DNA of 64,000 bases from Candidatus Latescibacterota bacterium (GTDB lineage: Bacteria; Latescibacterota; UBA2968): the NCBI GenBank assembly GCA_965198115.1, contig OZ240241.1, positions 6,304,001 through 6,368,000 of the forward strand, read 5' to 3'. The translations under genes and the position numbers were made by a program. Numbering within the stretch: position 1 is the first letter of the stretch; every line of letters starts with the position of its first letter. Below, piece by piece: positions 21,026 through 30,906 of the stretch. A model generated the notes under the pieces. The model was not told the DNA's origin. It searched no databases and was given only the letters and a program-made list of their open reading frames with translations.

Positions 21026-21409
21026 ATGGAACAGACGGAGGATTTGGTGGCCAAGGTTCTGGATCACTTTCCAGATGTTTCGGACAGGGAGTTCGTCTAC
21101 CTGAGGAACTTGATCGAAGATCTGGATGAAAATATAGCGAGGGCGTTCGCTGCGGAATACTACCGACGACGACGCAGTCCGGGGTTGATCATGGTGTTGA
21201 CTTTGATCGGGTTCCTGGGACTCGCCGGTCTTCAGCGCTTCGCCCTGGGTAAGGTTGGAACAGGGTTTCTGTATCTCGTGACACTGGGTCTCGTGGGAGT
21301 GGGTACGATCTTCGATCTCATTCGGTACGAGCAGATGGCCTACGACCACAATCGTTTCGCCGCGCAACGTGTGGATATCATCGTTCGAGGAGATGCGGTC
21401 GAACTATAA
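21026..21409 (+). CDS. TM2-domain membrane protein
   Basis: GLAGLQRFALGKVGTGFLYLVTLGLVGVGTIFDLI. Confidence 0.85.
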   Translation: MEQTEDLVAKVLDHFPDVSDREFVYLRNLIEDLDENIARAFAAEYYRRRRSPGLIMVLTLIGFLGLAGLQRFALGKVGTGFLYLVTLGLVGVGTIFDLIRYEQMAYDHNRFAAQRVDIIVRGDAVEL

Positions 21410-21482
21410 CGACCGTGAGCTGCGTCCTGTCACGCGCCGGCGACAGACGTGGATTCGAAAGCCGGCGAGGAAAGAGGATCGT

Positions 21483-21764
21483 TTGGCTCGCGCGAGTGCA
21501 CGTCACATTCTGGTCGAGTCCGAGGAGGACTGTCAGAACCTGAAGCAAGCCATCGAAGAGGGTGGCAATTTCGCCGAACTGGCCAAGGAACATTCCACGT
21601 GTCCTTCGGGGAAGTCGGGCGGCGATCTGGGTGAATTCGGACCTGGAGATATGGTGCCTGAATTCGACGCCGTGGTGTTCAGCGCCGACGTTGGCGTCGT
21701 CCAGGGTCCGGTGAAGACGCAGTTTGGCTACCATCTGTTGGAGGTAACGGATCGGACGGAGTAG
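21483..21764 (+). CDS. ppiC: Parvulin peptidyl-prolyl isomerase PpiC
   Basis: TTG start after GAGGA; ARHILV, FAELAKEHSTCPS, GGDLGEF, VKTQFGYHL; 93 aa. Confidence 0.92.
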   Translation: MARASARHILVESEEDCQNLKQAIEEGGNFAELAKEHSTCPSGKSGGDLGEFGPGDMVPEFDAVVFSADVGVVQGPVKTQFGYHLLEVTDRTE

Positions 21765-21796
21765 ATCGAGAATCGAATATCGAGAATCGAGTATTG

Positions 21797-21827
21797 GCGC
21801 CGCGACAGAGGTTGTTGCGGCGCTTTT
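21797..21827 (+). terminator. Intrinsic terminator after ppiC
   Basis: GCGCCGCGACA/TGTTGCGGCGC stem followed by TTTT. Confidence 0.65.
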
Positions 21828-21892
21828 GTATCTGATGTGATGGGGGTACGTTAAGTACACCGGTTGAAATCCCAACTATCGAGAGCAGGGCT

Positions 21893-23575
21893 ATGAGCGT
21901 TCGAGCAATCATTCTTCTGATCGCTGTTATGTCAGGCAGTGTGCGGGCTGAACCTTTTCCTTCGGACGACGCCATTCGAGAGATTCTGCGTGCACGCGTG
22001 GACACGTTCAAGCAGAGCGTGGGCATGGTGGTCGGGTTGATCGATGAGACGGGGACCCGGACGATCGGCTACGGTCGGAGCCACGTGGAGGACGGACATG
22101 CCGTTCACGGCAGCACTATTTACGAGATCGGATCGATTTCGAAAGTGTTTACCACCGTTGTGCTTGCCGATATGGTACGGCGGGGTGAGGTGAGACTGAC
22201 GGATCCCGTCTCGCGCTACGTGAATGACGTTCGATTGCCGACACAAAGAGGGCGGGAAATCGCCCTCGTCGATCTTGCGACCCATCGATCGGGTCTTCCG
22301 AGAATGCCAGACGACGTGACGGTCGACATGGAAGCGGAGTCGGATGTCTATTCGGTCGAACAGATGCACGACTTCCTATCGCGCTGCTCGTTGATCGACG
22401 ATATCGGGGCTCGCTATTACTACTCCAACCTGGGTTTTGGTCTTCTTGCGGAGGCGCTTTCGCGTCGTGCTGGAAAGAGGTTCGAACAATTGCTGGTCGA
22501 GCGGATCTGCGACCCACTAGATTTAGCGGATACGAGATTCCATCTAACAGCTGAACAGCGTGAACGTAAAGCGGGTACTCACGATTGGCGCCACGGAGAG
22601 ACACCCGAACTGGTTTTTGAAGGGATGGAAGGTGCAGGCGCTCTGCGGTCGACCGCTCGCGACCTCCTTCGTTTCCTCGCAGCGAACGCAGGGCTAGACG
22701 ACAGCGTTCTGTGGGAGTCCTCCCAAGTCTCTCACCTGGATCGAAAGTCAGCGGGAGAAAACGTGGAGATCGGCCTGGGCTGGCACACCATCGTACGTGG
22801 TGGGCGAAGGCTGGTTGTACACGGTGGCGCGACGTATGGGAACCTTTCATTCGCAGGGTTCGACCGGGAAGGACGACGAGGCGTGGTGGTGTTGTCCAAT
22901 GCACGAGGCATCATTGGCGATATCGGATTCCACCTCCTGGATCCAACGGTCCGGCTTGCGCGATTGAACGAGGAAGAGGAACGTCCACCTACCGTGGATA
23001 TGCCCTTCGAAAAGCTAGCACGTTTGGCGGGCGAATACGAGCTTGGACCCAATTCGGTCTTTGTGGTGACCGCGAAGGATGAGACGATCTACGGATCCTT
23101 CAACGACGGGTTGCAGTTTCCGCTACGGGCCACGTCAGATCACGAGCTCTTTACCGATTTGGCTCCGTCTGTGATGGATTTCTCGGAGTTCGAGGAGAAT
23201 CGACCCCAGAAGGTCACTTTTAGATATCGCGGGCACGAAACGACGGGCAATCGGATTGAAGACTACCATCGTGCACCCAGTAGAGTGGTGACAGATGAGT
23301 CGAATTTGGGACGATATGCCGGTACCTACGAGGTGGAAGACGGTCTTACGCTGACTGTACGAGATCGCGACGGAGTTTTGACGATTCAGGGAGAGGGACA
23401 GGGAGAGTTGCAAACGGTAGCCACACGGGCTGGATTCTACTCTGCGCCCGCGCAAGCCGAGATCGTTTTCGAACAGAATGAATCTGGCGTCGTCACGGGG
23501 CTTATCCTGAGACAGGATGGCGAATTTCGGGCGGAGAGAATCGGGGACATCAAGGCGGGACAGAACGATGATTGA
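21893..23575 (+). CDS. Exported serine hydrolase (class C beta-lactamase / D-aminopeptidase fold) with two DUF3471-like C-terminal domains
   Basis: Signal peptide; SISK, YSN and HGG motifs; LAGEYEL and YAGTYEV repeats. Confidence 0.85.
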   Translation: MSVRAIILLIAVMSGSVRAEPFPSDDAIREILRARVDTFKQSVGMVVGLIDETGTRTIGYGRSHVEDGHAVHGSTIYEIGSISKVFTTVVLADMVRRGEVRLTDPVSRYVNDVRLPTQRGREIALVDLATHRSGLPRMPDDVTVDMEAESDVYSVEQMHDFLSRCSLIDDIGARYYYSNLGFGLLAEALSRRAGKRFEQLLVERICDPLDLADTRFHLTAEQRERKAGTHDWRHGETPELVFEGMEGAGALRSTARDLLRFLAANAGLDDSVLWESSQVSHLDRKSAGENVEIGLGWHTIVRGGRRLVVHGGATYGNLSFAGFDREGRRGVVVLSNARGIIGDIGFHLLDPTVRLARLNEEEERPPTVDMPFEKLARLAGEYELGPNSVFVVTAKDETIYGSFNDGLQFPLRATSDHELFTDLAPSVMDFSEFEENRPQKVTFRYRGHETTGNRIEDYHRAPSRVVTDESNLGRYAGTYEVEDGLTLTVRDRDGVLTIQGEGQGELQTVATRAGFYSAPAQAEIVFEQNESGVVTGLILRQDGEFRAERIGDIKAGQNDD

Positions 23576-24341
23576 AATCGAGCATCTCTGGAAGACTTTT
23601 AGACTCTCGAAAAAACAGCAGGCCGAGTCGGATGCTCCCGCCCCTGGAGGTGTCGCCCACGCCGTGGCCGGAATCAGTCTCACGTGTCAACCAGGTCGCA
23701 TCTTCACGCTGCTCGGACCGAACGGGGCGGGCAAGACAACGACGCTGAGGATGATCGCGACGCTCATGAAACCGACTTCCGGGTCGATTCGAGTTGCGGG
23801 CATCGACGCCGTCGAGAATTCTGGAGGGGTTCGGAGGAAGATTGGGTTTCTGACGGGATCGACGAAGCTCTACGATCGCCTAACCCCTCTCGAGGTCGTT
23901 CGCTTCTATGCCGACGTCCACGGGATCGACAGGGCCACATTCGATCGTCGATCGGATGAACTGTTCACGCTGCTGGACATGCACGACTTCGTGAACAAGC
24001 GGATCGGAAAGCTCTCAACCGGTATGACGCAGAAGGTGTCGATCGCCAGGACCATGATCCACGATCCGGAAGTCGTCGTGTTCGACGAGCCGACTGTGGG
24101 GCTCGATGTCATCACCTCACGGACGATCGTCGACATGATCCGCCGATGCAGGGAGGCCGGGAAGACCGTGATCTTCTCGACCCACATCATGGGCGAAGTC
24201 GGTCTGTTGAGCGATGACCTTGCGATTATCCACAACGGTGCGCTCTGTTACAATGGATCTTACGACGACTTCCGATCCGTGGCGCAGAGCGATTCGATGG
24301 AGGAGGAATTCATCCGCTATCTGGAAGGGGCACCCGGATGA
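23568..24341 (+). CDS. natA: ABC exporter ATP-binding subunit (NatA-like)
   Basis: GPNGAGKT, LSTGMTQK, VFDEPTVGLD, FSTH. Confidence 0.85.
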   Translation: MIEIEHLWKTFRLSKKQQAESDAPAPGGVAHAVAGISLTCQPGRIFTLLGPNGAGKTTTLRMIATLMKPTSGSIRVAGIDAVENSGGVRRKIGFLTGSTKLYDRLTPLEVVRFYADVHGIDRATFDRRSDELFTLLDMHDFVNKRIGKLSTGMTQKVSIARTMIHDPEVVVFDEPTVGLDVITSRTIVDMIRRCREAGKTVIFSTHIMGEVGLLSDDLAIIHNGALCYNGSYDDFRSVAQSDSMEEEFIRYLEGAPG

Positions 24342-25549
24342 TCTACACGATCTTTCGGAAGGAACTCCTCGATACGATTCGCGATCGGCGGACGATCATC
24401 ACCGCGATCCTAGTCCCACTGCTGCTTTTTCCGGTTCTTGGAGGTGTCATCATCAAGGTGGTCGAGTCGCAGCAGGAGCAGGCGCGAGAACGGACGCTGG
24501 ACGTATTGTTGATCGACCACGGACAGGCCTCACGGTTCAGAGATCTGCTCTACCGCGAGGGGGATCTCCTCCTGAAAAAGGGGGATATCCGGATTCGTGA
24601 GGATCTCTCTCTCGATGAAGGTCGAGATCTGGTCGTGTCGGATAGCCTGACTGCCGTCTTGTACTTCGATCCTGAGTTCGAACGTCAGCGGAGTGAGGGC
24701 CTGCCAGGCGTTCTGTCCGTCTACTACAAGCGGACGGACAGCGGCCGGATCGAGCGAGATCGAATTTTGGACCTTGTAGAGCGGTATGAGACGCTGCTGT
24801 ATGAGGAGCGTCTCGAATCGATGCGCCTCGACCGGGAGACTTCGCTGAATCCCCTCGTGGTGAACGAATTCAACGTCGCCTCCGAAAAGGAGCGATTTGC
24901 GAGTGTCATTGGGGGTTTTCTCCCGTATTTGTTCGTCGTATTCGCGATGATGGGCTGCTTTCATCCGGCGACCGATCTTGCCGCCGGAGAAAAGGAGCGC
25001 GGCACGTTCGAGACACTGCTGACGATCCCAGCGTCGCGCCTACAGATTTTGACGGGTAAGTTTCTCGTCGTGCTTCTGAACGGGCTTTTGTCGGCCGGTT
25101 TGGGACTCGCGAGTCTATATTTCACGTTCCATATTGCGATCGATGTACCCGATCGTATTCAATCCGCGATTGTGAGCATCCTGGAGATCGAATCGATTCT
25201 GACGATTCTATCGTTGTTGATTCCGATTACGATCTTTTTTGCGGCGGTGATGCTGATGTTGTCGGTTCACGCTCGCTCTTACAAAGAAGCACAGTCGACC
25301 ATCAACCCTCTTATGATCGTCGTGTTCGTTCCGATTTACGCCGCGGCTATTCCCGGTGTCCGACTAACCGTGAAGACTGCATTCGTCCCCATCCTGAACA
25401 TGGCCCTCGCCATCAAAGCGGTCGCAACTGGGACGGCGACTTTCGTGCCGATGGCGATCGTCTATGGATCCTTGATCCTGCTTGCTGCGCTGAGTCTGTA
25501 TTTCTGTGCGAAAATGTTCGAGCGGGAAAGCGCGGTTTTCAGGAGCTAG
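24338..25549 (+). CDS. natB: ABC-2 permease (NatB-like)
   Basis: KELLDTIRDRRT, AGEKERGTFETLL, ARSYKEAQ; overlaps natA by ATGA. Confidence 0.85.
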   Translation: MIYTIFRKELLDTIRDRRTIITAILVPLLLFPVLGGVIIKVVESQQEQARERTLDVLLIDHGQASRFRDLLYREGDLLLKKGDIRIREDLSLDEGRDLVVSDSLTAVLYFDPEFERQRSEGLPGVLSVYYKRTDSGRIERDRILDLVERYETLLYEERLESMRLDRETSLNPLVVNEFNVASEKERFASVIGGFLPYLFVVFAMMGCFHPATDLAAGEKERGTFETLLTIPASRLQILTGKFLVVLLNGLLSAGLGLASLYFTFHIAIDVPDRIQSAIVSILEIESILTILSLLIPITIFFAAVMLMLSVHARSYKEAQSTINPLMIVVFVPIYAAAIPGVRLTVKTAFVPILNMALAIKAVATGTATFVPMAIVYGSLILLAALSLYFCAKMFERESAVFRS

Positions 25550-25646
25550 GAATTCTTAACGCAGAGAACGTCCTCAACTACGCTCGGGATAGACTCCAGG
25601 CGTGGGGTCGGACCGCGGATGATCGTTAGACATATAGAAAAGCAGA

Positions 25647-25675
25647 AAGCCCCTGGCACGAGATGCCGGGGGCTT
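25647..25675. terminator. Stem-loop between convergent genes
   Basis: AAGCCCCTGGCA/TGCCGGGGGCTT; the A-run on the left gives a T-tail on the minus strand. Confidence 0.7.
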
Positions 25676-25714
25676 CATTGGTTTCTGGACCTGGTCGAAT
25701 ATGAACTCGGCGAA

Positions 25715-25882
25715 TCAGGATTCGGTTACTCTGATGCATTTGTACCAGACACCGTCGCGGCAAGTGTAGCCCTCCTCGACGACCTCGACTGACTTCTCGC
25801 CAGAGACGCCGATTCGGTGATACCAGGTGTCGTCTTTTCTAACGAATCCGCCATCTTTGAGGGCTTTTTTGCGGTCTGCCAT
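25715..25882 (-). CDS. Small hypothetical protein (55 aa) with an internal duplication
   Basis: GGAG RBS, followed by a terminator; GFVRKDDTWYHRI and GYTCRDGVWYKCI repeats. Confidence 0.6.
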   Translation of the reverse strand: MADRKKALKDGGFVRKDDTWYHRIGVSGEKSVEVVEEGYTCRDGVWYKCIRVTES

Positions 25883-26046
25883 GGCTCGTCTCCGGTGTGT
25901 GGGGTGTAGGGCATCCCTTAATCTTATTTTCGGCATATTTTGGCGTGGAGATGAGTCTTTTTTCGCCACTTTCGGCAAGTTCCGGAGGATGGGGGTCGTA
26001 GTCTTCCGAGGCATATATTATGAACGGGTGGAGGGAGACTAAGACG

Positions 26047-26433
26047 ATGTCGCAACCATTCGGATTGTCCCAGATTGGCCAAATCGCCATACCGGTGACT
26101 GACCTGGATCGCTCGACCGAGTTCTACGAGAAGCGTCTCGGGATGAAGCTGCTGTTTCAGATTCCCGGTAAATTCTCTTTTTTCGACAACGGTGGCGTTC
26201 GGCTGATGATCACTTTGCCAGAGGGAGAGCCTTCGGAGCATCGTGCGTCAATCATCTACTACAAGGTCGAAGGGCTCGAGGAAGCGACCGGCACCCTGAA
26301 GTCACGTGGTGTCGACTTCGTGGACGAACCTCATCTGATCGCCAAGATGCCAGATCACGAACTTTGGATGGCTTTCTTTGAGGATCCTGACGGGAATACG
26401 CTGGCGATGATGGAGGAAAAGCGAGGGGAATGA
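26047..26433 (+). CDS. VOC/glyoxalase family protein
   Basis: IGQIAIPVTDLDRSTEFYEKRLG, WMAFFEDPDGNTLAMM. Confidence 0.92.
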   Translation: MSQPFGLSQIGQIAIPVTDLDRSTEFYEKRLGMKLLFQIPGKFSFFDNGGVRLMITLPEGEPSEHRASIIYYKVEGLEEATGTLKSRGVDFVDEPHLIAKMPDHELWMAFFEDPDGNTLAMMEEKRGE

Positions 26434-26475
26434 CCATGACGGTACAAATGACCGATGGTTCCTGAGGTTGGTGAA

Positions 26476-27282
26476 ATGGCCGACGAACTGAAGGACAAAG
26501 TCGCTGTGGTAACGGGCGCAGCACAAGGCCTGGGTCTGGGAATGGTCGAACGGCTGGCCGAGGATGGTGCCGAGGTCATCATCGCCGATGTTCAGCTGGA
26601 GAAGGCGGAATCTGAAGCCGAGGGCCTGAAGAGGAAGGGCCTGAACGTGGAAGCTTCCCACCTGGACGTGGGTGATAGCAACGCGGTGAATCGCTTCTTC
26701 GACACCGTGATCGATCAGCGTGGGCGGCTCGATATTCTCGTCAACAGCGCTGGGGTGGGTCAGATGGTGACGCACACGGTTGACTTGAGCGACGACGAGT
26801 GGGAGCGAGTCATTCACATTACTTTGACGGGGACCTTTTACTGCTGCCGAGCTGCGGGTCGAATCATGGAAAAGCAAGAGGGCGGATGCGTGGTGAACGT
26901 TGCATCGATCAACGGTCAAAGCCCTGCTGCTCTTGTGGCTGCCTACAACGTTGCGAAGGCCGGCGTGATTAGCCTGACGAAGACTCTGGCGTTGGAACTC
27001 GCAGCATACGGGGTCCGCGTGAATGCAGTGAGTCCCGGTCCGGTCTACACCGAGTTTAATCGAAGGAACATGGCACAACGGTGTGAGACGCTGAATATCG
27101 GGGAACAGGAGATGATCGAACGTGTGAGGGCCTCGATTCCGTTGGGTCGCTGGGGCGAGCCCACCGACATCGCAGACGGTGTTGCTTTTCTGTGTAGTTC
27201 GGCATCATCCTGGATGACCGGGGAGGTTCTACGCGTCAGCGGGGGGCTCGCTGGTGTTTCGGCAACTCCACCCAAGCGGTGA
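26476..27282 (+). CDS. SDR family oxidoreductase
   Basis: TGAAQGLG, NSAG, YNVAKAG, VSPG. Confidence 0.92.
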   Translation: MADELKDKVAVVTGAAQGLGLGMVERLAEDGAEVIIADVQLEKAESEAEGLKRKGLNVEASHLDVGDSNAVNRFFDTVIDQRGRLDILVNSAGVGQMVTHTVDLSDDEWERVIHITLTGTFYCCRAAGRIMEKQEGGCVVNVASINGQSPAALVAAYNVAKAGVISLTKTLALELAAYGVRVNAVSPGPVYTEFNRRNMAQRCETLNIGEQEMIERVRASIPLGRWGEPTDIADGVAFLCSSASSWMTGEVLRVSGGLAGVSATPPKR

Positions 27283-27320
27283 AATAACCAGGATGAGATT
27301 GCCGATACCAGCGAGAATCG

Positions 27321-27896
27321 ATGATTGAGATTCGGCAGACGATTGGCGAATTGCCCGCAGGTTACGCAGGAATACCGATTTCTTTCGAGGTGAGGTCGGT
27401 GCTCGAGCCTGAGTCGATTGCGCGGGGTCTGGAGGGCATTGTTCTTCGAGAACGCGTTGTGGAGAAAGTCTGGGTCAAGGATTACGATGGCACTACCGAT
27501 GGGGGCCCGGAACGATGGTCGGAACGATTCGACACGACGAAGTGGTGCTTCCTGACGGCAGAAGAAGATGGTCGCCTGGTCGGAGGGAGTGTGGTCGACG
27601 TTGGGAATCCGGCAACCGGAGCGCCTGCGGGTCGATCCGACGTGGCCGTGCTATGGGACATCCGGGTTCGTCCCGCTTGCCGGGGGGCGGGTGTTGGGAC
27701 CCGCACTTTCGAGGCAGCAGCGGATTGGGCCCGGCGTTGTGATTGCGTACAACTGCAGGCAGAAACACAGAATGTCAATGTCGTGGCGTGTAAATTCTAC
27801 GCGAATCTGGGATGCGAGCTGGCGACGATCGATCGATACGCCTATTGGGCAGACTGGGCGGCTCCCGAGACGCGCGATGAAATCATGCTGAAGTGA
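27321..27896 (+). CDS. GNAT acetyltransferase, streptothricin-acetyltransferase-like
   Basis: WVKDYD, LWDIRVRPACRGAGVG, AETQNVNVVACKFY. Confidence 0.8.
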   Translation: MIEIRQTIGELPAGYAGIPISFEVRSVLEPESIARGLEGIVLRERVVEKVWVKDYDGTTDGGPERWSERFDTTKWCFLTAEEDGRLVGGSVVDVGNPATGAPAGRSDVAVLWDIRVRPACRGAGVGTRTFEAAADWARRCDCVQLQAETQNVNVVACKFYANLGCELATIDRYAYWADWAAPETRDEIMLK

Positions 27897-27924
27897 GTGC
27901 TTGCACTCTGAACGGCTGTGTCAG

Positions 27925-28800
27925 ATGACCGTGACGGAAACGCTGGTGAAAGGTATCCTCACCCGGACGACGGGTTTTTTGAAGACCGTGACCTCACACT
28001 CCGTTCAGCCGTATCGGGGGTGTGCGTATGGGAATTCGCTCTGCGGAGTGGGTTGCTACGTTCAGCACAATTTCTGGATTACGAAAGGTCGACGGTGGGG
28101 CAGTTTCCTCGAGGTTCGGACGAACGCGGCTGCCGTCTACCGTGCCTCGGTGGATCGCGAGCGGCGGTGGGCACGACAGCGAGAAGACGGTGTGTTCGGT
28201 ATCTACATGTCGAGTTCGACGGATCCGTTCGTGCCCCAGGAAGCCCGGTATGGGGTCACGCGATCACTTCTGGATGAGATGGTGGTGTCGCCTCCGGACT
28301 TGCTGATTGTTCAAACGCACGCTCACCGCATTTCGGATGAGGTCGATCGGCTCGTGGCTCTGTCGAGTGTGTGTGATGTTCGCTCGCACATTTCGATCGA
28401 GACCGATCGAGAAACATTCCCAAGATTACCCCCCCACGCGAGTTCGATCGACGATCGATTCAAAGCGGCGAAATATTTGAAGTCGAAGGGTCTACGAGTC
28501 GTCATCACCGTGTCACCTCTGTTGCCGATTGAGGCTCCCGAGCAGTTCTTCGACAGGGTGGCGGAAAGCGCGGATGCGGTCGTGATCGACCATTATGTCA
28601 AAGGGGATGGGTCGCAGGACGGGCGCCGCACCTTGCAGACGCCTTTGCCCGGGGCCGTGCAAAACGTCGACGAGGAGGCTGTCTCGCTGGACTACCGGGA
28701 CCGGATGGTTGAGGTCGCGGAAAGGGCGATGCCTGGTCGGGTCGGTGTGCATATCGACGGATTTGCGGGACGGATGCTGGGAGGGGGCAATGACCAGTGA
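27925..28800 (+). CDS. SPL-like radical SAM protein
   Basis: QPYRGCAYGNSLCGVGCY, MSSSTDPFVPQE, ISIETD, ITVSPLLP. Confidence 0.8.
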   Translation: MTVTETLVKGILTRTTGFLKTVTSHSVQPYRGCAYGNSLCGVGCYVQHNFWITKGRRWGSFLEVRTNAAAVYRASVDRERRWARQREDGVFGIYMSSSTDPFVPQEARYGVTRSLLDEMVVSPPDLLIVQTHAHRISDEVDRLVALSSVCDVRSHISIETDRETFPRLPPHASSIDDRFKAAKYLKSKGLRVVITVSPLLPIEAPEQFFDRVAESADAVVIDHYVKGDGSQDGRRTLQTPLPGAVQNVDEEAVSLDYRDRMVEVAERAMPGRVGVHIDGFAGRMLGGGNDQ

Positions 28801-28850
28801 CAGGTGACCATCGACCAGTGACCAGAGTTGGACTCTTGCGTGCTGGTTGT

Positions 28851-29849
28851 CTAAACGAATGTGGTCTCCGAAAACCGTTCACGGATCTGTTCGGGTGTAG
28901 CGACTCCTGTGGTGCCGATTTGCTGGATTGTGATGGAAGATGAGAGGACCCCGAGATGGACAGCGTCTTCGAGGGAAGCGCCCGCCGCGAGCGCGCTGAC
29001 GACGCTGGCGGACACACTGTCGCCCGCGCCGACCGTGTCGATGGGGGTCGGTACTTCGATGCCCGGGATGGTGAACATGGCATCGCCATCGGCTGCGATG
29101 AGACCTTCGGAGCCGCGTGTGATGATGACCGGTTTCCCATTTCGGTTCGATAGAGCTGTGGCCGCAGTTTTCAGGCCGCCATCCTCGGCCGTCTGCCGGC
29201 TTTCTGTTTCGTTCGGTTTAACGATGACGTTACGGAAGTCATCGATTCGCTCGCGCGAGTCAGCCAGTACGGGTATGTCGGGATACGCCCTGGCAAAGTC
29301 GATCACTGCCTGCCGCACTTTTGTCGTGACCACACCGCATTCCGCCTCCTGAACCTGATCCAGCACGATGATTCCGTTCACTTTCGTAGTGAGGGATTCT
29401 AAACGCTGCAATAGCTCCGTTTCGATCGACTCGGGTGTGTGCGTTCGATTCTTGACGTCGAACCGCTCCTGTTCTTCCCCGGACGATGTAAGCATTGGTT
29501 TGGTATAGGTCGGGGTGACTCGATCAGAAGTCTGCAGGAGATGCGTGCAGTCGACACCCGATTTCTCCAGCCCGCGCATAAGGTCGAAACCGTGACCATC
29601 CTCTCCGATGCAGCCGAGAGCCAATACGTTTCCGACCCCGAGGACGCACAGATTGTTCGTGACGGTTCCAGCGGCACCAGGGCTGTTGCGGATGTCGACG
29701 ATCTGGTGGGCCGTGAGTCCCGTTTCGAGTGAGGTCTCTGCGAGATTCGGGTCGATGTCGAGGTAACGATCGAGGAAGAAGTCGCCGATTACGAGGAGGG
29801 TTAGAGAGGGAAATCGGGTGAGGATGCTGTCGAGGGATTCTGAGGTCAT
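28851..29849 (-). CDS. PfkB/ribokinase-family kinase (HldE/RfaE kinase-like)
   Basis: GDFFLDRY, PGAAGTV, KPNETE, ITRG, DTVGAGDS. Confidence 0.88.
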   Translation of the reverse strand: MTSESLDSILTRFPSLTLLVIGDFFLDRYLDIDPNLAETSLETGLTAHQIVDIRNSPGAAGTVTNNLCVLGVGNVLALGCIGEDGHGFDLMRGLEKSGVDCTHLLQTSDRVTPTYTKPMLTSSGEEQERFDVKNRTHTPESIETELLQRLESLTTKVNGIIVLDQVQEAECGVVTTKVRQAVIDFARAYPDIPVLADSRERIDDFRNVIVKPNETESRQTAEDGGLKTAATALSNRNGKPVIITRGSEGLIAADGDAMFTIPGIEVPTPIDTVGAGDSVSASVVSALAAGASLEDAVHLGVLSSSITIQQIGTTGVATPEQIRERFSETTFV

Positions 29850-29901
29850 TTAGGCAGCAGGGGGGCAGGGGAGCAGGGAGCGGGGGAGAACGGCGCAAGA
29901 G

Positions 29902-30897
29902 CTATCCATTCCCCGCTGCCCCCTGCCCCCTGCCCCTCTTCGGTATTAGCTGCCGGTGGAGGTTGGGGAGCGTAGTCGTGTGGTCTCCGCGGATGTAGAA
30001 GCTTTCTCCTCCGTCGCGCACGGTACGGACGAGAATTGTCTTGAACGGGCGGTAGTAGTAACGCGGATCGTCTTTGGGCGCTTCGGTGTTGAGATCTTCA
30101 CCCAGGGGAATGAGGTCGAAGACGGCTGTGGTGAAGTGGGCGATCCGTTCCCCTTTTGGGTGAGCAACGTTGCGAACCATGGCCAGTGCCTTTAGGTAGA
30201 CTTCGGGCCCCATAATGGCCGAACCGTAGTTGAGCAAGACGCCGCCTTCGAGTTGTGTGACGGAATGTGTGAAGACGAGGAAGTCCGTGTAGGAGGCGGC
30301 TCCGATGGCCGCGCCATCGCAGTTGGGATGCTGGTGAACGATGTCGTAGCCGAGGCTGACGTGAATCGTGACGGGGATTCCTAGACGCACGCCGGCGGCG
30401 TGGATGCTGATGTCCTTGTGGGGGAAATCGCCATCAAGAATCGTTCTGCCGACGGCTTCACCGAACCCGACGTCCCGTTCGGCTGCGGCGACCGCGATGT
30501 CGTTGAGCGCCCCAGTGTCGGTCCACAGACCGAACTGGCCGGAGCGAATGTAGTGAGCCACACTTTCCGTCGTGGCGCCGACCAGGGCGAGTTCGTAGTC
30601 GTGGATGGCGCACGCGCCGTTGCCCGCCACGTGGGTGATGAAACCACGTTCCATGAGGTCGATCACGAAGCGTGATAGACCGACTTTGATGACGTGAGCG
30701 CCAGCCATCAGGATGACGGGTCGATCGTTTTCGCGTGCTGTGGCGATCCGGGCGACGACCGTTTCGAGTCCATCGTGTTCGAATGGCGGGATAGCTGCGT
30801 CGAGGGCGATGACGTCGTCGACCGAAAAATCGTGTGTGCGGTCCGAAAGAGGCCGAAGGTTCAGTTCGCTACGATCGAATCGCGGAAACATGGCCAT
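29902..30897 (-). CDS. Deoxyhypusine-synthase-fold hypothetical protein
   Basis: MAGAHVIKVG, NGACAIHDYE, GFGEAVG, IPVTIH, GSAIMGPEVYLKAL resemble the DHS-like NAD-binding family. Confidence 0.65.
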   Translation of the reverse strand: MAMFPRFDRSELNLRPLSDRTHDFSVDDVIALDAAIPPFEHDGLETVVARIATARENDRPVILMAGAHVIKVGLSRFVIDLMERGFITHVAGNGACAIHDYELALVGATTESVAHYIRSGQFGLWTDTGALNDIAVAAAERDVGFGEAVGRTILDGDFPHKDISIHAAGVRLGIPVTIHVSLGYDIVHQHPNCDGAAIGAASYTDFLVFTHSVTQLEGGVLLNYGSAIMGPEVYLKALAMVRNVAHPKGERIAHFTTAVFDLIPLGEDLNTEAPKDDPRYYYRPFKTILVRTVRDGGESFYIRGDHTTTLPNLHRQLIPKRGRGQGAAGNG

Positions 30898-30906
30898 TGG
30901 CGTTTC

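Noticed and set aside
21893-23575. Beta-lactam resistance gene
   Set aside because: HGG at the third motif and the C-terminal accessory domains indicate the broad serine hydrolase/peptidase family, not AmpC.
27885-27911. TGA at a position where Trp would extend the GNAT (EIMLK*VLAL*), hinting at stop-codon recoding
   Set aside because: Many other genes here end in TGA at their expected C-termini, so a point mutation or error is simpler.
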